From contig JAPOHW010000010.1 in assembly GCA_029979265.1 (NCBI GenBank), positions 44,689 through 108,688 on the forward strand: a stretch of DNA of 64,000 bases, written 5' to 3'. Origin of the DNA: Actinomycetota bacterium (lineage in GTDB: Bacteria; Actinomycetota; Acidimicrobiia; Acidimicrobiales; Aldehydirespiratoraceae). Made by a program: the position numbers and the translations under genes. Every line of letters begins with the position of its first letter. Within the stretch, counting starts at the first letter, position 1. Positions 57,428 to 64,000 of the stretch are shown here, one piece after another. The notes under the pieces were generated by a model. The model saw only the letters and a list, made by a program, of their open reading frames with translations. It made no database searches and was not told the DNA's origin.

Positions 57428-58566
57428 GCGAAACGCCCGACGATCCTCGTCGGATCGCCATTGCGGCCATCGTTCGCATCGACGAGGACGGCGCCTTCGC
57501 CAACGTGCTGTTGCCAAACATGCTGGAAGACACCTCCCTCGACCGCCGAGACAGGGCGTTCGTCACCGAACTTGTCTACGGCTCGACCCGGATGCGCCGG
57601 AAGCTCGATCATCTGGTTGATCGGTTCTTGCTCGAACCTCCGCCACCGTCGGCTCGGGCTGCGCTTCGCATCGGTGCTCATCAACTCCTGCACCTCAACA
57701 CGCCGCCACACGCTGCCGTCTCGGCGACGGTCGCTGCTGCTCCAAAACGGTTCCGCAGTCTCGTCAACGCTGTGCTTCGGAAGGTGTCCAGTGCCGTGAA
57801 CGAGGGAGTTGCCTTTCCCTCGCTCGGTATCGAACTCAGCTATCCGGACTGGATCGTCGATCGATTGCGCACAGACCTGGGACCAGAACGCGCCGAGGCA
57901 TCCATGGCTGTCATGAACCGCCCCGCCGCAGTGCACACCCGGCGCGATGGCTATGTGCAGGACCCGAGCTCGCAGCGCGTTGCCGCTGCGGTTCCGGTGC
58001 AGCCCGGTGACCTCGTGCTCGACCTCTGCGCGGCGCCCGGCGGGAAGGCGACGGAACTTGCCAGCCGGAAAGCCCGTGTGATCGCCGGCGACCGGCGACG
58101 CGCTCGGGCCGGCCTGGTCGCTGCCAATCGTCAACGTCTGGAGCTCGACGATCTGCACGTGTTCCAGGGTGATGCCTGTGCTCCTCCGTTTGCGCCTGCG
58201 ACCTTCGATGCTGTCCTCGTCGACGCGCCGTGTTCCGGGCTGGGTGCACTCCGGCGTCGCCCCGATGCTCGATGGCGGGTGCAGCCTGGTGATCTCGACG
58301 AGTTGGCATCCCTGCAGGTGGCGATACTTGGTGCCGCTGCACCCATGGTGAAACCTGGCGGGACCCTCGTCTACAGCGTGTGCACACTCACACAGGCGGA
58401 GTCGACGGAGGTGATCGCCGAGACGTCATCGGTGTTGGACTCGCTCGGCTTCGTGGCCGCGGGCCCGCCACCCGGCGACTGGGAACGGTTCGGTCCCGAC
58501 ACGAACGTGCTCCTTCCGGGTCTCGATGCCGACGGCATGGCACTCGCACGCTGGACTCGAACCTGA
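57424..58566 (+). CDS. rsmB: 16S rRNA (cytosine-C5)-methyltransferase RsmB/Sun family
   Basis: DLCAAPGGKATELA, DAPCSGLGALRRRPD, LVYSVCTL. GTGA overlap with fmt. Confidence 0.85.
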   Translation: MSETPDDPRRIAIAAIVRIDEDGAFANVLLPNMLEDTSLDRRDRAFVTELVYGSTRMRRKLDHLVDRFLLEPPPPSARAALRIGAHQLLHLNTPPHAAVSATVAAAPKRFRSLVNAVLRKVSSAVNEGVAFPSLGIELSYPDWIVDRLRTDLGPERAEASMAVMNRPAAVHTRRDGYVQDPSSQRVAAAVPVQPGDLVLDLCAAPGGKATELASRKARVIAGDRRRARAGLVAANRQRLELDDLHVFQGDACAPPFAPATFDAVLVDAPCSGLGALRRRPDARWRVQPGDLDELASLQVAILGAAAPMVKPGGTLVYSVCTLTQAESTEVIAETSSVLDSLGFVAAGPPPGDWERFGPDTNVLLPGLDADGMALARWTRT

Positions 58567-58576
58567 CCCGGCTGGC

Positions 58577-58582
58577 TAGGGT
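58577..58582 (+). promoter_or_regulatory. -10-like box TAGGGT, 6 nt before moaB ATG
   Basis: GGCTAGGGT-gcgcac-ATG. Confidence 0.45.
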
Positions 58583-58588
58583 GCGCAC

Positions 58589-59122
58589 ATGCCCGAACCC
58601 CGATTGTCGGTGAAAGTCGTGACCGTGTCCGATGGGGTGATCGCCGGAACGCGCAGTGACACCTCGGGCCAAGTGCTCGCCGACTACTTCGGCGAGGCCG
58701 GGTGGAATGTGGTGGAGCGCATGGTCACCGAAGACGGAATCGAACCCGTGGCCGCCACGTTGCGACGAGCTGCCGCCGACTTTCATGGTCTCATCGTCAC
58801 CACTGGCGGCACCGGCTTCGGTCCCCGCGACCGCACGCCCGAGGGAACGATCGCGGTGATCGATCGGGCAGCTCCGGGACTGGCGGAGGCCATGCGCTTG
58901 GTGAATCCGCTGGGTCGACTCAGCCGAGGCGTTGCCGGAACCCTCGACAACGCCTTGATCGTGAACACGCCAGGTTCGTCGAAGGGGTGTGTCGAGACGA
59001 TCGGTGCCGTGATCGACGTCTTGCCGCACGCGGTCGCGCTGCTCGTCGACAACTACGACCCGCATCCCTCCAATGAGGGGTCGGGGCAGGGTCATCACGG
59101 CAGCCAACCCGGGTCCGGATGA
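58589..59122 (+). CDS. moaB: MoaB/Mog-family molybdenum cofactor biosynthesis protein
   Basis: IVTTGGTGFGPRDRTPE...NTPGSSKG. Confidence 0.8.
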   Translation: MPEPRLSVKVVTVSDGVIAGTRSDTSGQVLADYFGEAGWNVVERMVTEDGIEPVAATLRRAAADFHGLIVTTGGTGFGPRDRTPEGTIAVIDRAAPGLAEAMRLVNPLGRLSRGVAGTLDNALIVNTPGSSKGCVETIGAVIDVLPHAVALLVDNYDPHPSNEGSGQGHHGSQPGSG

Positions 59123-60126
59123 GCACCGACCGACAGTGGATGGAACGGGCGCTGGCCAACGCGTCCCGCGTTCGACATGCGACATCACCCAACCCGTGGG
59201 TCGGTGCGGTCGTGGTCGGTAAGGATGGCGCGGCACACGACGGCGCCACCGAACCACCGGGTGGTCGGCATGCCGAACGGGTGGCGCTCGATGCGGCCGG
59301 TTCGGCAGCGGCGGGCAGCACGGTGTACACGACACTCGAACCTTGCAGTCACACCGGCAGGACCGGTCCCTGTGCCGACGCATTGATCGAGGCCTCCGTT
59401 GCCCGCGTCGTGGTTGCGATCGCTGATCCCGACTCGCAGGTGGCCGGCGCTGGAATCGCTCGACTGGAGGCAGCGGGGATCGATGTCCACGTCGGGGTCG
59501 GCGCTGATCTGGCAGAAGCATCACTTGCGCCGTATCTGCACCACCGCCGCACCGGTCGTCCATTCGTGCTGGCCAAACTCGGCACATCGCTCGACGGGCG
59601 CACCGCGGCACCGGACGGCTCGTCGCAGTGGATCACGAGTGCGGAAGCGCGCGCCGATGCCCATCGTCTCCGGGCCGAGAGCGATGCAATTCTCGTCGGT
59701 GCAGGCACCGTGCGAACCGACGACCCGTCGCTCACCGTGCGTGACTGGGCACCGCCGGCGGGAACGCCTCCGGCGGTCGATCCTCGCCGAATCGTGCTCG
59801 GCTCTGCGCCGGCAACCGCAAAGGTGCAGCCCTGCCTCGCCTGGGACGGTCCACTCGACGCGCTCCTCGAGCAGTTGGGTGGCGACGGCGTCGTCCAACT
59901 GCTGATCGAAGGTGGCTCCCGCGTCATCGGTGACTTTCATCGGGCCGGCCTCATCGACCGCTTCGTGGTCTATCAGGCACCGGTGCTGTTCGGAGGCGAT
60001 GACGCAAAGGGGTTGTTCTCCGGACCGGGAGCACCGTCGATCGACGCCGTCGACCGTGGTGCGTTTGTGGCGGTCGACCGGATCGGTCCAGACGTGCGGA
60101 TCGAATTCGAACCGGGGCCGTCGTGA
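59119..60126 (+). CDS. ribD: Bifunctional riboflavin biosynthesis deaminase/reductase
   Basis: HAERVALDAAG, TLEPCSHTGRTGPCADAL, LAKLGTSLDGRTA. ATGA overlap with moaB. Confidence 0.9.
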   Translation: MSTDRQWMERALANASRVRHATSPNPWVGAVVVGKDGAAHDGATEPPGGRHAERVALDAAGSAAAGSTVYTTLEPCSHTGRTGPCADALIEASVARVVVAIADPDSQVAGAGIARLEAAGIDVHVGVGADLAEASLAPYLHHRRTGRPFVLAKLGTSLDGRTAAPDGSSQWITSAEARADAHRLRAESDAILVGAGTVRTDDPSLTVRDWAPPAGTPPAVDPRRIVLGSAPATAKVQPCLAWDGPLDALLEQLGGDGVVQLLIEGGSRVIGDFHRAGLIDRFVVYQAPVLFGGDDAKGLFSGPGAPSIDAVDRGAFVAVDRIGPDVRIEFEPGPS

Positions 60127-60137
60127 TGGCTCACCGC

Positions 60138-60143
60138 TAGCCT
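60138..60143 (+). promoter_or_regulatory. -10-like box TAGCCT(GAG) upstream of hisG (about 42 nt to the GTG)
   Basis: CGCTAGCCTGAG in the ribD-hisG gap. Confidence 0.35.
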
Positions 60144-60185
60144 GAGGGCCCACGACCGCTGTCGCATCCCCCGCTAGGACCCATC

Positions 60186-61061
60186 GTGCTCAACCTCGTC
60201 CTCCCCAAAGGCTCGCTCGAGAAGGCGACCCTCGAACTCTTCGAAGCAGCGGACCTTCCGATCGAGCGGTCGTCGTCGGTGGCCTACAAGGCGTCGATCG
60301 ACGATCCCAGAATCGATTCGGTCCGGATTCTGCGGCCGCAGGAGATCCCGACCTATGTCGCGGATGGTCTTTTCGACATGGGCATCACAGGCCGCGACTG
60401 GATCGAGGAGACGGAGAGCGAGGTCGAGTCGTTGGGAGAACTCCGCTATTCGAAGGCGACCGCCAAGCCGGTCCGCATCGTGATGGCGGTGCCTGAGCAC
60501 TCCGAGTGGCACTCCGTCGGCGACTTGCCCGCCGGGGTTCGGGTCTCGACCGAGTATCCGAAGATCACCGAGCGATTTCTCGCAGATGCCGGTGTCGATG
60601 CCGATGTGCGGCTTTCGTACGGTGCCACCGAAGCAAAGGTGCCCGACATCGTCGACGTCGTTGTCGACATCACCGAAACCGGCCGTGCGCTTCGGGCTGC
60701 CGGCCTGCGCATCATCGAAACAATGGTCACGAGCTACACCGAGTTGATCGCCAACCCGGCGTCGTTCGCCGATCCGGTCAAGGCGCATGCGATGGGCCAG
60801 ATCCACACCCTTTTGCAGGGCGTGCTCGATGCTCGAGGCAAGGTGTTGGTGAAGATGAACGTCCCGACCGATGCGCTGGATGCAGTCATCGATGTGCTGC
60901 CGTCGATGAAAGCGCCGACGGTCAACGAATTGTTCCGCAGCGCAGGATACGCAGTCGAAACCGTCGTGCCCAAGGACGAGATCAACATCCTGATTCCGCA
61001 GCTGCGTGACAAAGGTGCATCGGGTATTGTCGAAATGCCGATTTCGAAGATCATCCCGTGA
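60186..61061 (+). CDS. hisG: ATP phosphoribosyltransferase (long form)
   Basis: LVLPKGSLEKATLELF, VDITETGRALRAAGL, plus a C-terminal regulatory domain. Confidence 0.9.
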   Translation: MLNLVLPKGSLEKATLELFEAADLPIERSSSVAYKASIDDPRIDSVRILRPQEIPTYVADGLFDMGITGRDWIEETESEVESLGELRYSKATAKPVRIVMAVPEHSEWHSVGDLPAGVRVSTEYPKITERFLADAGVDADVRLSYGATEAKVPDIVDVVVDITETGRALRAAGLRIIETMVTSYTELIANPASFADPVKAHAMGQIHTLLQGVLDARGKVLVKMNVPTDALDAVIDVLPSMKAPTVNELFRSAGYAVETVVPKDEINILIPQLRDKGASGIVEMPISKIIP

Positions 61062-61085
61062 CGAGCTGATCGTGGGCGCCCGGCA

Positions 61086-61769
61086 GTGACCGACGAGCAG
61101 CCTCGTCTCGGCCTGGCTGATTCTGCAGCGCTCGCGCTCACGTTCTTCAGCCTGGGTGTGACGCTCCAGGTCCTGCTGATCGATCGCGGTGCGTCCCTTT
61201 GGAATGCGCTCACCGCAACGACGGTCATCTGGTCTGCGACCTCGCAGTTCGCGTACCTCGCCGTACGTGATGCCGGTGGTGGTGACTGGGCGGCAATCAT
61301 CGCCGGCGCAGTGGCCGCCAGCCGATTCGGGATTCTTGCCACCGCGCTGGTGCCGCGACTTCCCGCCGGCACGATCCGGCGTGCGCTTGCATCGGTCAAC
61401 GCTTTCGATCCCAACGTGGCGATCGCAGTCCAGCAACGAGACGAACGACGCGTCGAGCGAGAGTTCTGGCGGGTGACTGCCGCAATGTTCGGTGGCTGGT
61501 TCCCTGGGATCGTCGTCGGCACGTTGGTCGGCAACGTCGTCGGCGACATCGATCGACTTGGGCTCGACGCAGTGTTTCCCGCTGCGCTGCTGTCGATCAT
61601 CGCCGGACTGCTTCGAACCGGCGAGGGGCTTGCCGCTGGCGTTGCCGGAGCTGTGATCTGCCTGGCGCTGATTCCGATCGCTCCGGCCGGTGTGCCGATC
61701 ATCCTGAGCATGTTCGGCGTCGGTATCGGTGTGCTCGCTACTCGCCGGCAGAAGGGTTCGACACCATGA
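61086..61769 (+). CDS. azlC: AzlC family branched-chain amino acid exporter subunit
   Basis: Polytopic protein with AzlC-like SATSQFA and RFGILATAL blocks. ATGA overlap with the downstream azlD. Confidence 0.75.
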   Translation: MTDEQPRLGLADSAALALTFFSLGVTLQVLLIDRGASLWNALTATTVIWSATSQFAYLAVRDAGGGDWAAIIAGAVAASRFGILATALVPRLPAGTIRRALASVNAFDPNVAIAVQQRDERRVEREFWRVTAAMFGGWFPGIVVGTLVGNVVGDIDRLGLDAVFPAALLSIIAGLLRTGEGLAAGVAGAVICLALIPIAPAGVPIILSMFGVGIGVLATRRQKGSTP

Positions 61770-62068
61770 CCACGTCTGCGATCGTTGCGCTTGCTGTCGC
61801 CGTGTGGGGACAGCGGCTGCTCGGTGGCTTCGTGGTCGGTCCGGTGCTTGCTCGTCGCCCTGGGTTGGCGCAGGCGGTGGGACTCGTTCCGGCGGCGGTG
61901 GTGATGGCGGTGATCATCCAGCTGTCGATGGCGGATGGCCGAACGCTCGTCGTCGACGAACGACTTGCAGGTATGGCGGTCGCTGGTGTGCTCGTGTGGC
62001 GTCGGGCGCCGTTCCTCGCTGTGGTAGTGGCGGCCGCGCTGACCACTGCGGGCCTGCGAGCGATCTGA
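61766..62068 (+). CDS. azlD: AzlD family exporter subunit
   Basis: 100-aa hydrophobic protein immediately after azlC. Confidence 0.7.
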   Translation: MTTSAIVALAVAVWGQRLLGGFVVGPVLARRPGLAQAVGLVPAAVVMAVIIQLSMADGRTLVVDERLAGMAVAGVLVWRRAPFLAVVVAAALTTAGLRAI

Positions 62069-62069
62069 C

Positions 62070-62867
62070 GTGACCGTCTCGGCGGTCGTCCTCGTCTTGG
62101 CAGCATCGTTGCTCCACGCTGTGTGGAACGCCCGAACGCATGCGGGGGACGATCCCAGAGCCGTTCTGGCCGGGTCCTATGTCGTGGCAGGTGTGCTGTT
62201 CTTGCCGTGGGTGGTGATGGACCCACCGTGGTCCGTCTGGCCGATCATCCTTGTCTCCGGGGTGATCCATGGGCTGTACCTGTGGGGCCTCTCGGGTGCC
62301 TACCGATCGGGAACATTGGCGAGTACCTATCCCGTGGCCCGAGGTTCGGCACCCCTCGTTGTCGCCGTGTTCGGAGTGTGGGTGCTCGATCAGACGCCCA
62401 GCGTGCGAACCCTGTGCGGGGCGGCTGGCGTTGCCGTCGGTCTGCTGTTGATCGGCAATGTTGCGCTCGGCCGCGGGGATCGACGGGGACTCCTCCTCGC
62501 CATGATCACCGGCTGTTTCATCGCCGGCTACACGGTGGTCGATGCGAGGGGCGCGCAAGACGTCGGTGGCCTCGGCTTCTTTGCTGCCGTAGCGGTCGTC
62601 GGCGCAGTCGTGGTCGTGCTTCTCGGTCGCGTGTCGCCCCGGAGGCTGCTCACCTCGGCGCGTGAAGCGGTCGCGGTCGGTCTTGTCGCCAACAGCGCCT
62701 ACGGACTGGTCCTGTTGGCCTATACCCGCGGTGATGCGGCGAACGTGGCAACGCTGCGCGCCACCTCGATCCTGTTTGGTCTTGCGCTGGTTCCGACGGC
62801 CGTGACTCGTCGGCTGGCGGCAGGTGCGCTGCTGGTGGTGGTCGGCTCGGTTCTTGTGTCGTGGTGA
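62070..62867 (+). CDS. EamA/DMT superfamily transporter
   Basis: About 9-10 TM segments with duplicated EamA-like halves. GTG 62070. Confidence 0.7.
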   Translation: MTVSAVVLVLAASLLHAVWNARTHAGDDPRAVLAGSYVVAGVLFLPWVVMDPPWSVWPIILVSGVIHGLYLWGLSGAYRSGTLASTYPVARGSAPLVVAVFGVWVLDQTPSVRTLCGAAGVAVGLLLIGNVALGRGDRRGLLLAMITGCFIAGYTVVDARGAQDVGGLGFFAAVAVVGAVVVVLLGRVSPRRLLTSAREAVAVGLVANSAYGLVLLAYTRGDAANVATLRATSILFGLALVPTAVTRRLAAGALLVVVGSVLVSW

Positions 62868-62927
62868 CTCGGGAAGGATCGAGAGATCCGGCTCTATCGA
62901 TGTTCGGAGCGCGTCGGCGGCGACAGC

Positions 62928-62933
62928 TACGGT
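62928..62933 (+). promoter_or_regulatory. -10-like box TACGGT, 6 nt before CoA-transferase ATG 62940
   Basis: AGCTACGGT-cgcacc-ATG. Confidence 0.4.
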
Positions 62934-62939
62934 CGCACC

Positions 62940-64000
62940 ATGTCCGACCAGTCAGGATTCACCGATGGCGCCCTGTCCGATGTGCGCGTCGTCGAGTTTG
63001 CCCAGGCCCTGGCCATCCCGTATTGCGGAAAGCTCTTGGGCGACATGGGCGCCGACGTTGTCAAAGTCGAGCCTCCCCGAGGCGACACCTACCGGCTCCA
63101 GAGTCGGAGTCCGGTGAAGCACGAGGGGAAGGACTTTGCCATTGCGAACCGAGGGAAGCGCAGTATCTGTCTCGACTTCTCCAAACCTGATGCTGCTGCG
63201 GTGATCGAAGCGCTTGCCCGGTGGGCCGATGTCGTTCTTGTCTCGATGAAGGGCTCGGATCTTCCCCGGTACGGACTCGACTACGACACGATTCGCTCCT
63301 ACAACGAGGAGATCGTCTTCTTGCACAACTCGCCGTACGGCAGTGAAGGCGAACTCGCCGAGATGGGAGGCTATGACGTCGTGGCAATGGGCCTGTCGGG
63401 CATGTCGTCTCTGCTCGCAGATGCCGACGCCGCCGGCGATGCACCGGTGATGGTGCGACCTGCGCTCGCCGACATGGTCACAGGGATGCTCTCGTGCCTG
63501 GCCGTGGTCACCGCCATCCGCCATCGGGACCGAACCGGCGAGGGGCAGCGGGTGGAGACGTCGTTGTTCCACACATCGCTCGGCCTGCTGTCGAACATGT
63601 TCTACCGATACGAGGCGTATGACCGAGAGCCGATGGCAGCGTTTGCCGAGAAGCTCGCACGCCTGCGCCAAGCCGGTGCAGGGTTCGAACAACAGAAGCG
63701 GGCGATGCGCGAGGAGTTCGCGGTCGACCCACCTGGCAACATCTACTTCCGTCACTACCGCACCAGCGACGGCTTCGTGTCGGTCGGATGCCTCACCCCG
63801 GTCCTCAACCAGAAACTCCGTGATGCACTTGGGGTCGAGGATCCGCGTCGCGCCGAAGGCTTCGAGGTCGGGACGCCTGCAGCTCGGGTGGCGCTCGACG
63901 AGTTCATGGCCGAAGCAGAACGCATCGTCGCGACGCGCACGACTGACGACTGGCTTGCGACACTGCGAGCGGTCGGGGTGCCGTGCGCCAACGTCAACTT
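62940..64000 (+). CDS. Family III CoA-transferase (CaiB/BaiF-like), 3'-truncated by window edge
   Basis: Not in the ORF track because it has no stop in the window. I translated it by hand from ATG 62940: MSDQSGFTDGALSDVRVVEFAQALAIPYCGKLLGDMGADVVKVEPPRGD...GQRVETSLF. TACGGT lies 6 nt upstream. Confidence 0.85.
   Translation, partial: MSDQSGFTDGALSDVRVVEFAQALAIPYCGKLLGDMGADVVKVEPPRGDTYRLQSRSPVKHEGKDFAIANRGKRSICLDFSKPDAAAVIEALARWADVVLVSMKGSDLPRYGLDYDTIRSYNEEIVFLHNSPYGSEGELAEMGGYDVVAMGLSGMSSLLADADAAGDAPVMVRPALADMVTGMLSCLAVVTAIRHRDRTGEGQRVETSLFHTSLGLLSNMFYRYEAYDREPMAAFAEKLARLRQAGAGFEQQKRAMREEFAVDPPGNIYFRHYRTSDGFVSVGCLTPVLNQKLRDALGVEDPRRAEGFEVGTPAARVALDEFMAEAERIVATRTTDDWLATLRAVGVPCANVN

Noticed and set aside
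60126-60140. Four-codon uORF (M-A-H-R-stop) overlapping the ribD stop upstream of hisG, as a possible His leader peptide
   Set aside because: It has a single His codon and no alternative terminator or antiterminator structures. Its TAG is part of the GCTAGCCTGAG motif, so it is most likely coincidental.
1-64000. Scan for tRNA or rRNA genes, CRISPR arrays, IS elements, integrases, toxin-antitoxin pairs and known defence genes
   Set aside because: No intergenic region exceeds about 140 nt. I noticed no repeat-spacer periodicity, no transposase- or integrase-like ORFs, and no small paired ORFs with TA-like features. This was a scan by eye only, so a tRNAscan, Infernal or defence-finder run could still find something I missed.

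Overview
The window is GC-rich with strong G/C third-position bias and is almost fully coding. I call 68 protein-coding genes, 58 on the + strand. I found no tRNA, rRNA, CRISPR array, transposase, integrase or obvious prophage or defence gene.

The content is a conserved actinobacterial-type housekeeping array:
- PIM lipid genes pgsA-patA-pimA, then pdxS-pdxT, yebC and ruvCAB
- queA / tgt, yajC-secD-secF, apt-relA, hisS-aspS, rarA
- alaS-ruvX-mltG-aroE, then aroB-pepQ-efp-nusB
- pyrR-pyrB-pyrC-carA-carB-pyrD-pyrF
- mihF-gmk-rpoZ-coaBC-metK-priA
- def-fmt-rsmB, ribD, hisG

mIHF and the PIM genes, together with queA/tgt in a Firmicutes-like ruv-queA-tgt-yajC-secDF order, suggest a deep-branching Actinomycetota lineage, possibly Acidimicrobiia. 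That placement is inference only.

Small accessory insertions interrupt this backbone:
- a LemA / degenerate M48 / DUF3048 operon
- an ABC-2 exporter
- an arylsulfotransferase-like plus FkbM-like pair splitting queA from tgt
- a PATAN (DUF4388) protein next to a prepilin peptidase
- a GNAT gene overlapping the end of nusB
- a three-methyltransferase operon opposite def
- several orphan membrane or exported proteins

The most pervasive unannotated signal is a GC-rich -10-like box (TAGSST / TACSST, often G[C/G]TAGCCTGAG). It sits 6-9 nt upstream of many start codons, which implies leaderless mRNAs and revises several start sites. A PyrR-binding hairpin precedes pyrR.

I see no convincing complete novel system. 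The findings are ranked candidates, and all family calls rest on motif recognition by eye with no searches run.
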